Below are positions 24,822 to 34,431 of a DNA stretch of 34,431 nucleotides, in pieces. Position 1 is the first letter of the stretch. Each line of letters starts with the position of its first letter. Source of the DNA: Diploschistes diacapsis (taxonomy: Eukaryota); NCBI GenBank assembly GCA_023645945.1, contig JALAIB010000083.1, forward strand, positions 1 through 34,431, given 5' to 3'. The translations under genes were made by a program, and so were the position numbers. The notes under the pieces were generated by a model. That model saw nothing but the letters and a program-made list of their open reading frames with translations, had not been told where the DNA came from and did no database searches.

Positions 24822-25835
24822 ATGCATGTGTGTTGCTGTGCAGCCGTTGTGGCGTTGACTGGAGTTTTCTTGAGCCTATCATCGGTTGTTGCACAGCCCA
24901 TCAAGGCTCGCGATGATACCGTTGCTGCGAGCGCCCCTCAAGCAAGCGTAGTCTGGACGTTTCCTCAAGACACGTGGGTGGAGAATCTTGCTGTCCGGTC
25001 CAATGGGCAAATTCTCGCGACCTTATTCACGTCACCGCAGCTATACCAAGTTGATCCAACGGGCAACTCACCGGCCTCGCTAGTCCATACCTTCCCTCAA
25101 CAGACATCTTGCCTCGGGATCGCAGAGCTGGGCACAGATATCTTCTATGTCGTCGCAGGGAACGTATCTCTCACGACCTTTGCGTCCGTGCCTGGCTCGT
25201 TCAATGTATACAAGGTCGACATGACCGGTTACAGTCCTGGTGGAAACCCGTCAGTCTCGAAGGTGGCCAATTTCCCTCAAGGCAAGGAGCTCAACGGTAT
25301 GACCGTCCTGAATGCGGCTCAGGATCTCTTAGCAATTGCAGACTCAGCCGCCGGGTCCGTTTTCAGCCTGAACGTCAACACTGCAGCTGTCTCCCCAGTC
25401 GTGGACGACAGTACGATGAGCCCCAATTCCAATATAGCACCGATAGGCGTCAACGGCGTGAAGGTTCACGGCAACAAAATCTACTTCACGAACACGAACA
25501 GAAACACATACACTTCTATCCCCATGAACTCAACCGGACATGCTATGCGATCGGCATCGACCCTCTCCACGACTACAAGTCCCGACGACTTTACGTTTGA
25601 CAGCAACGGTCAGGCGTACTTCGCCGGTAACGACGCCGTAATGAATGGTCCCGTTACTGGGGGGAATCTTTCGGTGTTCTCAAACTCGCCGTTAGTCAAA
25701 GGGTCCACAGCTTGCAAATTTGGCAGGACTGCATCCGACTCTGGAACGCTGTATGTGAGCACAAACGGGGGTTTAGACCAGTACCTCACTGGCAGCTTTA
25801 CCAACCCCGGCAAGATAGTTGCGATTCCCAACTGA
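24822..25835 (+). CDS. Secreted six-bladed beta-propeller protein (SMP-30/gluconolactonase-like; lactonase- or AsR5-type cyclase-like)
   Basis: Intronless 337-aa ORF with a signal peptide. WVENLAVRSNG, LNGM, IADS, GVNGVK, YFTN and PDDF supply the E/N/N/D residues typical of Ca-binding propellers. Confidence 0.8.
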   Translation: MHVCCCAAVVALTGVFLSLSSVVAQPIKARDDTVAASAPQASVVWTFPQDTWVENLAVRSNGQILATLFTSPQLYQVDPTGNSPASLVHTFPQQTSCLGIAELGTDIFYVVAGNVSLTTFASVPGSFNVYKVDMTGYSPGGNPSVSKVANFPQGKELNGMTVLNAAQDLLAIADSAAGSVFSLNVNTAAVSPVVDDSTMSPNSNIAPIGVNGVKVHGNKIYFTNTNRNTYTSIPMNSTGHAMRSASTLSTTTSPDDFTFDSNGQAYFAGNDAVMNGPVTGGNLSVFSNSPLVKGSTACKFGRTASDSGTLYVSTNGGLDQYLTGSFTNPGKIVAIPN

Positions 25836-25976
25836 CAAAATGAAGATACTTAGGGCACAGCGTGTTATAGATGGAAGCAGTAATTTTCATGTACAAAATA
25901 GAGGTGATAATTTTCATATATAGAGAGAATAGATGATTCGAAAACCATTCCTTTTGCGACAACTAACTTGAATAGT

Positions 25977-26949
25977 CTAGAGTTTCTCGAACGTTGGCTT
26001 CCGTCTCTCGATGCCGGACAACACGGCTCGCTTCACGTCTTCCGATTGCACGTACGCAGCATTCCATACTTGTGTATATCGCAGACCTATCTGTGCGGTA
26101 AGTAGACCTTCGAGCAAAACAGTCGGATGGGAAGGATCGATTTACTTACTATTATCTACTCCGTGATCCCTGCTGTAATTGAGCAACTCTTTAGTACCCT
26201 GGACTGCCACAGGGCTCTTGCTTGCCAAGAGCTCGGCCAGTCGAAGAGCCTCATTCAACGCCTCCGTTTTTGTACGGACCGTCTTGGTCGCAAAGCCAGA
26301 CTGCAAAGCTTCGTCCGCCCCAAATACCCTGCCCGTCATGCAGATCTCCTTGACCCAGCCCGAGTTGCCGACAATTCGCGGCAGACGGTTGAGAGAGCCC
26401 AGGTCTGCGGCCAAGCCGATATCGACTTCTCGGACCGAGAGCTTGACGTCCTGCGTACAAATTCGAATATCACAGGCCGAGGAGATATCAATGGCGAGCC
26501 CAAAGGAGTATCCGTGAAGTATGCATACGACCGCTTTGCATGCGCTCAGCTTCAAGCCAACAAAGAGTGGAAGGAGCTGAGTCTGGAAGGAACTCACGCT
26601 TTTCACACCTCTCCACGCAGCTTATGCAGTACTGGATGTCTCTCACATCCCTACGGATAGTGTTTGCGAGCCTTCCTGCATCGATATTCTTTCGGTCCGC
26701 CAGGATTCCTTCTTCGACGGCTTCGTGGACATCGAGACCGGCGGTGAAGGCTTTCTCTCCAGCACCGGAGAGGATGATCACTCGCACGTCCGGATCTCTG
26801 GAGAGCTTGTCGAAGATGGTAGACAACGCCGTCCAAGTCGCTCTGAGGAAAGCATTCAGCTGAGCTGGCCGGTTGACCTCGACGTGTGCTATGAAAGGCT
26901 TCGGACTGTAGATGTTGAAGTCTTTGTGCTTCTCTGAAATATCGTCCAT
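25977..26949 (-). CDS. Crotonase-family enzyme, delta3,5-delta2,4-dienoyl-CoA isomerase (ECH1-like), about 281 aa
   Basis: NRPAQLNAF, AFTAGLD, VREVDIGLAADLGSLNRLP, SPVAVQGTKELLNYSRDH and C-terminus PTFEKL. Introns 26534-26597 and 26087-26149. Confidence 0.9.
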
Positions 26950-27881
26950 ATTGACCGTGAGCGAAGAATTTAGCTTAGTTAGACGACGCAACGGCTTGGA
27001 GGTATTCGAATCAGTGTTGATTTTCAGAAGCTCTTGCTTTCGTTCTTCTTGGTTAGACTGTCTAAGCAAAAAGTCTTTCTCTAAAGCACCTCTTGGATAC
27101 TCTGTACCTTACGCCGAAACACACAGGCATGAACAATAAGAACCAATAAAGTCAAAGCTCTAAGGGGAAGGAATGGCGCCGAAACGATTTCCAGAATAAT
27201 CTAACTGCCCCGAAATCCTGTGACATCTACACAGCGTCGACATGCGGCGGATCAAGCTTGATCGTCTAACGATTCCCTATGGTTGCGGACACTACTCCAT
27301 CAGCTGGCACGAGAGATCAGGGGCCATCTCGTCATCCCTCGACGAAGGTTTGTATTACTAGAGCTTTTCGTCTCCATGCAGATTCTCATTTGGCCCAGAA
27401 CTATGGCGATGTGCCTCAAGTCAGAGTCTGCTTTAATGTTACCGAAAAGTTGTTCCCAATATTATGCTGACACACTATCACTGTTTTCTACAACCTTGTA
27501 AGAAAGATATCTTTGGAACGAGGACTTCTGCTGATATGATTCGGTCCACGTTTTTGCAGTGAGCTCTGGACCGAGATTAGTTTCAGCCATTTAACTATAA
27601 ACAACTGATTCTCGGTCTTCTTGGCATGCAACAGGATCAGTGGCTTCCTATACAAGTCTATGGGTCGATTGGGGGCTCTTCCCTGGTTAGAAACTTCGTG
27701 CAATACCTAGCCAATGTCTTTTGGGTTCACCATCTATATATCATGTTGGCATACCTGAAACCCGTTCTCTGTTCAGTATCCAAGGTCTCTCACATATCCT
27801 CGTGCTGCACCAACCTCCAAGGTTGGTTGCCGCTACTTTTTTCCCAAATCTTGGACCTAGCGTCACGGCGCAGTTATAAAG
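26950..27881. promoter_or_regulatory. Divergent promoter region, dienoyl-CoA isomerase / hydrolase
   Basis: Head-to-head genes. Four CCGAAA copies occur near 27114, 27179, 27210 and 27442. Confidence 0.5.
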
Positions 27882-28884
27882 ATGAAGTTCTTATGCCTGC
27901 ATGGTGCCGGTACCAATGCCGACATTCTGCAAACTCAATTAAGTAGGCCATTAAGCAACTCATCGCCAACAGAGCCTTCCTCCTTAGTGGCGTGGACTAC
28001 ATGAAGCTGATGATTTGAATGCAGTGCCTCTTCATAATGCCCTCGGCAAGGAGAATACCGCCGAGTTTCATTTCATAGAAGGCGAATGCGAGACTGCGCC
28101 GGTGGAAGGAATCACGCAATTCTACCAAGGTCCCTACCTATCTTTCTATCCCTGGCCACCCCGCATGGAAGAGGCCGAGTATAACAAGGCAAGAGAGCAG
28201 GCTTACGAACTCATCTACGAGGCGATCGAGGAAGATGGGCCCTTTGATGCAATTCTAGGCTTCAGCCAAGGCGCCAGCCTAGCCTACCTCTTCCTGCAAC
28301 AGCACGCCCGTAAATGTCCCTACGATCCTCCGTGGAATCTGTTTCGCTGCGCAGTCTTCATTTGCGGCATGCCTCCTTTCAGGATCGAGGATTCCCGGCC
28401 CGCGTCACAACGCAAGCCTTCGGCTTCTCTCGGACATTCGGTGGACGCGCAGGAGCTATCCAATTGCTTGTCCTCGATGGCTTCCAGGCCCTCGCTGCGT
28501 TCGGAAGCGTCAAGCAGCAGCAGCAGCGAGCTAAGTTTATCGACGCCCGATTCGGCGTTCTCGAAAGAAGCACCGTTGATCGATTCCCCGGCCTCGTCTA
28601 CGACGTCGATGGGCCCCGAAGTTTCGTCGTTTACGCTTGAATCGGACGATTTCGATCTTGTCTTTGACGAAGACTTCAAAGCGCTTCGGATACCGTCGGT
28701 GCACATTGGCGGCAAGAGCGACAAGGTTTACAATCTTACGAGGAAGCTGTACGCTGGCATGGATAAGGATAATGCGCTATGGATCGAGCACGAGTTGGGC
28801 CACACCATCCCCTGGGATAAGAAGAACACGCAGGCGTTTGTGGATGTGATCAGACAGTTGGAGAGAAGATCGGTGTTGACGTAG
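27882..28884 (+). CDS. FSH1/DUF341 serine hydrolase (trans-acting PKS release esterase, LovG-like), about 306 aa
   Basis: Exon 1 reads MKFLCLHGAGTNADILQTQL, followed by intron 27943-28024. GPFDAILGFSQG (Ser), HIGGKSD (Asp) and GHTIP (His) form the catalytic triad. Confidence 0.92.
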
Positions 28885-29114
28885 TAGAAAGCTCAGCAGG
28901 GTGGTGTGGTACGGGAACAAGGACGATAGCATTTTCAGCCAGGCGTTGGGGGCTGTAGATCGCCGCAGCTACCTCGGTATAGAGCGTCACATCTTTTCCT
29001 GTGAAATAAATAGCCAGTAGCCGATTGGGGTTCAATGCGAGATATTGTCTAAGCTTAGCAACCACCGGGGGCTCCGTGGGGCCAGATTCGACGCTGTATC
29101 TATCAGCTAGTTTG

Positions 29115-29115
<1 letters not shown>

Positions 29116-29148
<33 letters not shown>

Positions 29149-29150
29149 TC
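29116..29150. repeat. (CT)n microsatellite
   Basis: Run of ctctct... followed by a degenerate ctttct tail. Confidence 0.9.
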
Positions 29151-29463
29151 TCGTTGATCTACCGGCATATCTATGATGCTGCCTGCCCATGTTGCCGTCA
29201 CGGGTGCCCGCCCCCACGCCATAGTCAAGCCCTAGCTTAGCCCTTACCTCTCTCCCCGTGGGTTGCTGAGTAGAATAAAACATAACTCTTTTTTGGGGCT
29301 ACGGAAAGGAGCAGGGCCGACGCGCCGTGCCGTGCGGTGCCGTCTTGGAAAACAAAACACTAACGATAAAAGACGAGGTTAGTTATCATTGGTCAGCCGT
29401 CTCATCTTTTCGGCCCCCATATTCTTTCATTCTTCCACCTGTTTGTTCCATCTCGCTGGATCA

Positions 29464-29514
29464 TGGACCATATGGACCATGTGGATGGACCATAGACCAT
29501 AGACCATAGACCAT
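29464..29514. repeat. Short tandem repeat of GACCAT(A) units
   Basis: tggaccata tggaccatg tgga tggaccata gaccata gaccata gaccat. Confidence 0.8.
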
Positions 29515-29809
29515 TCGTTCTCAGCCTGGAGCGCCGTGGCGTTGCAACGTCGAGCATTAAGTCGCGATAAACCGTTGCCTTCTTATCTTTGCTGTCTAGG
29601 CCCTACCGCCCGGTTTTAAGCCCCCACAGCCTACAGCCACAAGATGCTGGGATCTTGCTTTGCTTACCATGCATGAAATCAGTGATCAGTGGCGGCTTCC
29701 TGCCCACGCAGATTGAATTGCCTCCTCCCAGGTAGATCTTAGCGCTTACACATCCCAAGTTTTGCTTGCTTTTTTTGTGGTGGAGAAAGACAGAGTAAGC
29801 GCTAATGTT

Positions 29810-29827
29810 GACGACGACGACGACGAC
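29810..29827. repeat. (GAC)6 microsatellite
   Basis: gacgacgacgacgacgac. Confidence 0.8.
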
Positions 29828-29992
29828 CGCATAAGCCTCGTGAGCTTGTTTTTCTTCTTTTCTCAACTTTGAGCCCAAAGATCAAGCCACCATCGTTACT
29901 CGGAAAAAGCGCGCGTGGTGTGGGTTGCATTGCATATTTCCTGCCGTTTGTAACAACAAGTAAGATACGGGTAATTTTTCATCCGTTTTTCG

Positions 29993-30013
29993 ACTCGTCT
30001 CGTCTCGTCTCGT
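29993..30013. repeat. (CTCGT)4 pentanucleotide repeat
   Basis: ctcgt ctcgt ctcgt ctcgt with slight overlap/offset. Confidence 0.7.
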
Positions 30014-30669
30014 AACATACAACGTAGACACTAGTTTCCCACAATCCTTCAGGAAGGGCAGAATCCCGTGTGTAAAGTTGTTTCAGCCGGTTTCTAGTTT
30101 CCAGATCTCATACTACCTAATCTCGGACTTGTCTCATTACTAACAGTTCCCTTCCTAGTCAGCAATCATGATGACACTTTCCATCGCTCTGGCAATCACC
30201 ACGCTAGTGAACCAGCTGAGCTTGACTGAAACTAGCTGGCTTGCGCAGCTTGTGGATATTAAGCGAGCAGACAGCTCAAAGCACGTTAACCATACTGAGC
30301 AGGTAAAGCACTCCAGATTGACCTGCTCGACTGCAGTGCTCTGATATTCGAGGCTCTTGGCCATCAGAAGGCTTGGGAGGTGAATGCAGCTGGCTGGCCT
30401 TCCCCTCCCCAAGAGGGTTCAGGGTTGGCAGCTTGCCCACCCTTTTTCCTCGAAGCTCAGGTCATTGTTGCTCGACTTTCCTTTCTCAGGAGTCTAAATT
30501 ACAGGTGGAAGTGTGAGAAGGCTGATCTAACAAGTCCCGTTTGACTCGAAAAAATCCTTTTACCTTGCAGACTCTCCTAAAACCGAGGAGCTGTGTCGTA
30601 AAATTATACGAGGAATCAAGCTGGCACTACCATGTGGCAGAACCTTGCTGGCTTTTTAATCATATAAAA

Positions 30670-32231
30670 ATGTCCGAAGGCACACTCTACGTTACAGATT
30701 CAAGAACCTCCTCAAAGTATGAGATACCCATACATCGTAACAGCGTCCCAGCAAGCAGCTTCAAAGCGATCAAGGCACCCAGAAATGGAAATCTCGCAGT
30801 CGATCAGGTGGAAAACGGCCTCCGTCTCTTCGACCCGGGCTTAAAGAATACGGCAGTGTCGGAGTCCAAGATCACCTTTATGTAAGTTTCCCCTGGCATA
30901 AGTACGGAAGATAGGAATCAACTCTGGAATTCTCAGAGATGGAAAACGAGGGCGGCTTCAGTACCGAGGACACCGGATCGAGGATCTGTGGTACGACATG
31001 GAATATGAAGACCTACTATGCTTATTCGTTTGGGAGCACTTTCCTTCTCCGGAAGAGAAGTCAAGAATCCGACAAGATCTAGCTGCCGCAGCGCGGAACG
31101 TGCCCCAGACCGTGATCGATACCATCCGCTCATTCCCGTAAGTCAACGAACCGATTCGGGGCATTTATCCACCCTAACAACGCGGATCCAGTGCAACAGC
31201 AACGCCAATGCAGATGGTGATTGCCGGTCTGGCTGCGTACCTGGGATCCGACCCGACCATAATACCCACGCACAGCGGTGGGAATATTTACCACGGGAAC
31301 ACGGAAATGATCGACCAATCCATCATCCGCACGCTCGCGGCCTTGTCGGTCTGCATCGGCCTCGCCGCTAGTCACCACTCCGGCGTCCCGTTCACGCCGG
31401 CCGATCCCAGCAAGGGCTTTCTCCACAATCTTCTCCTCATGATGGGCAAGGTCGACAAGGCCACTGGGAAGGCGGATCCGAAGCACCTCGCCGCGCTCCA
31501 GCACACGTGGGCCCTCGGTGCCGAGAACGGCCATACAAACTCCACGTCGGCCATCCTTCTGGCCGCCTCGACCCTTTCGGATCCCATATCCTGTCTCATC
31601 TGCGCTTTGTCGTCCGGATACGGCCCCCTCCACTTCGGCGCCATGGAGGTCTCCTATAAGGTGATGACGGCGGTCGGCAGGCCGGAGAACGTCCCGGCGC
31701 TGATCGAGAGCGTCAAGCGCGGCGAGGCCCGCCTATTTGGCTACGGCCACCGCCTGTACGAGACTGAAGACCCGCGTCTGCGCTTCTCGAAGCAGATCCT
31801 TCAGGAACTCGGCGCCGACCATCCGCTGCTCAGCGTCGCGATGGAAATCGACCGCATCGCGAGCTCGGACGAGTATTTCGTCCGGCGGAACCTGCACGCC
31901 AATGCCGACCTGTATGGGGTTTTCATTTACATAGCGCTGTGAGTGGAAAGGCAATGGGGAACCCTACGGGGCCGAGCGTCTGCAGCTGGCTAACGAGCGT
32001 TTGTGCAGCCAATTTGAGCCGGGCCTTGTCCCAGTGATGATGATGGCAACGAGGTCGGCTGGCCTGATGGCGCACTGGAAGGAGGCTATGTGTGAGTCGT
32101 TCCCAAAAAGCCATGTGTGGCGCACAATGTACTGACCCGGGCACGCAGCGAGACAGAACCATCTGTGGCGGCCGCCGAATTTCTATACGGGGGAGCTTGA
32201 CGTAGACTACCCGGTAAAAGCGACTTTGTAG
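30670..32231 (+). CDS. Citrate synthase-like protein (alkylcitrate synthase), about 441 aa, 5 exons
   Basis: GLRLFDPG...ITFIDG..G.LQYRG, GPLHFGA, LFGYGHRLY...DPR, NADLY, AHWKE, WRP...YTG. Introns 30882-30936, 31138-31191, 31939-32008 and 32092-32148. No mitochondrial presequence is evident. Confidence 0.94.
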
Positions 32232-32785
32232 ATGTAGTGGCCATCATTCGCTGTTCTTGCAAATGGCAGGAGGAGCTTACATCGTGACTCTTGCGCCGAT
32301 TTACACCGGAGGCAGTTTTTCGAGCATTGTAGGTCCGTCGAAGGATCTCGAACGCTGGAAAGAATATATCAGAATGGAGCCAAAAGGGTTTCTTCGACTA
32401 CTCTGGATCGAATTCTACATAAATATGAGGATCTCTCCGAATAGCTGGTGCACGGAGCGACTACCTAGCAGTTGCTCAGTAGCCACTGGTCAACTACTAC
32501 ATATCCAATAAAAAGCATTCCCGTCTAGTAATGCGGCCTTTAAAGCGCACATAGAACCGTTAAACCACTTTGGTTGCAACAGTCATCATACGTGGAACAA
32601 CTCCTACGCCTGCACAAAACGAGCAGACTCGGCTATCGAAGTACTGCGGACCAGCTCGTAGGCAGAGAAAGTGTAAAATGGTGATCAAAACTATATATAT
32701 CGTTCCCCGACATCCGTGCCTCTCTACCTCTGGGTAGCTTCACCTTTCTCAGGGACGCTTCAGTTATAAAGCCGCACTCGGCATT

Positions 32786-34431
32786 ATGACCGACCACTCC
32801 AGCGTTGAAACCAGAACCGACCCATTCGCCCATGGAAACCCCAGTGGCAACAGCCCCGACCGCTCCGTCGGCGCTTTCTCCACCGCGGGCAAGATCCTCG
32901 TCGTCACGGGCGGCGGGTCCGGTGAGTCTCCTCTTCCTCCTCTTCCATCGCAAACATTCCCTCTCCTCCCATTTCCCCCACAACAATGGACACATAAACA
33001 TACATCATCGCCCACGCCCCGACCTATTCTTACTCTCTGAAACGCCCCAGGCATCTGTCTCTCCTTCGCCCAGCTTCTCGCCGCCTCTACTTCCGCATCG
33101 GGATCCAGCGCGCCGCCTCTTCCGCCCACGCGCATCATCCTCGCCGACCTGCGCCTGACGCCAGAGGCAGAGGACTTCGTGCGGGAGGCGAACGGCGGCA
33201 GCAGTGGTGGAGTGAGAGTGGTGTTTGCGAAGACGAACGTTGCGAGACGGGCCGAGCTCGAGGAGTTGGTGCAAGTCAGTCTGCGCACCTGGGGCGATGT
33301 GCCGGATGTTTGGGTGGCGGGGGCAGGGATATTCGAGCCGGTGAGTTTGAAGGGGAAATGACGAGAAAGCATGAGGGATGGGTCTCGTGGAAGGGGTCTG
33401 ATGCAGAATTTTCATTTTTGGCCCGCCCTCCCCCTTCCCTCCTAACTTTCCCCTTTTCCCTCTTTTCTGGTTGATGCTCTCCCATGCAGTCTTTTTTTTT
33501 TCTTTATATTCCTTGAGCGAAAAAGTCAAAAGCTGAGGGTGGCATCTTCAGAAATGGTCGTCGTTCTGGGAAGACAGCGAGGAAGACGGATACGAGACCT
33601 TGAACATAAGTAAGACACTCTACATTCCAGTTTCCTTTTTTCTTTCCCCTCAGATGTAGGCCGATTTTGGACCCTCTCTTAACACAATCAATCCCTGTCG
33701 CGTTTCTCGGAGTGTACCCACCCCCCTCATCCCCCGAGCAAAAAACGCTCCGAAAAAGAAAAACATCCAGCGTTCCCCGTGTATGTTGCTGATTTGCTTT
33801 GCTCCGCGCAAGACCTCGCCCACCCGATCAAGCTCGCCCGCCTCGCGATCAAGACGCTGGTGGCACACGACAAAAAGGGCGTGGTGGTGGCAGTCGGCTC
33901 GACGACGAGTCTAACGAAGAACTACGCGCGGCCCATCTACTGCGCGTCCAAGGACGCCATCAACAGCTTCGTGCGCAGCATGGAGCCGGCGGACAAGCTC
34001 GAGGGGGTGAAGGTCGTGTGCGTGATGCCAGGGTGAGTTATAAAATATCCACCTATCTCCATTCTGTCACCGCTTTTCCCTTCCCGACCCTCGTAAACCC
34101 CCACCACCAAAAACCTATCCACTCGAACACTCACACACGACCAGCATAGTCTCCACCCCTCTCTGGCTCTCCCCAACCTCCCCGGACGCGGCCTCCGCCC
34201 GCACGCAATTCTCCTACACGTCCGACGTCGCCATCGCGCCGTCCGAAGTCGCACGGACGATGCGGGAGCTGGTCGAGAGCGGCGCATATCCCGGCGGCAC
34301 GGTGCTGAGAGTCGACCGCTCCGGGCAGGCCGTGCTGCCGTTCGAGACGCGGAAGCGGGTGGGCGTCGATGAGCAACGAGCGCGCGAGATTACGGAGAGG
34401 AGCTGGGGGCCCGTGAGGGCGATGCTGGGAG
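32786..34431 (+). CDS. Short-chain dehydrogenase/reductase (15-hydroxyprostaglandin dehydrogenase-like), 3' end truncated by the window
   Basis: VVTGGGS/GI Rossmann motif across an intron (about 32922-33050), IILADL, VAGAGIFEP, catalytic S and YCASK, VCVMPG/IVSTPLW. Four introns inferred; no stop before the window end. Confidence 0.88.

Noticed and set aside
6796..32231. Calling this a known maleidride (byssochlamic acid/rubratoxin/cornexistin) cluster and assigning those gene symbols
   Set aside because: The diagnostic KSI-like cyclase and PEBP genes are not in the window, and identity cannot be measured without a search.

Overview
Fungal (ascomycete-type, intron-containing) genomic DNA. 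From about 6.8 kb to the right edge lies a compact secondary-metabolite cluster of the alkylcitrate type. It encodes a highly reducing PKS (KS-AT-DH-cMT-ER-KR-ACP), a PrpD-family alkylcitrate dehydratase, a dienelactone hydrolase, a cytochrome P450, an MFS exporter, a secreted beta-propeller (SMP-30/lactonase-like), an ECH1-like dienoyl-CoA isomerase, an FSH1/DUF341 hydrolase, a citrate-synthase-like enzyme and an SDR that runs off the window. The PKS, hydrolase, citrate synthase and dehydratase are the core of maleidride/alkylcitrate pathways. I see no dimerising cyclase (KSI-like), PEBP, CoA ligase or transcription factor in the window, and the tailoring set points more to a monomeric oxidised lactone or anhydride product; the cluster may continue to the right. 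Left of the cluster are an orphan 507-aa secreted repeat protein with KR (Kex2-type) sites, a frameshifted SET-domain pseudogene and the terminal inverted repeat of a Fot1/pogo-like transposon. Exon structures were inferred by eye from GT..AG sites and protein motifs.
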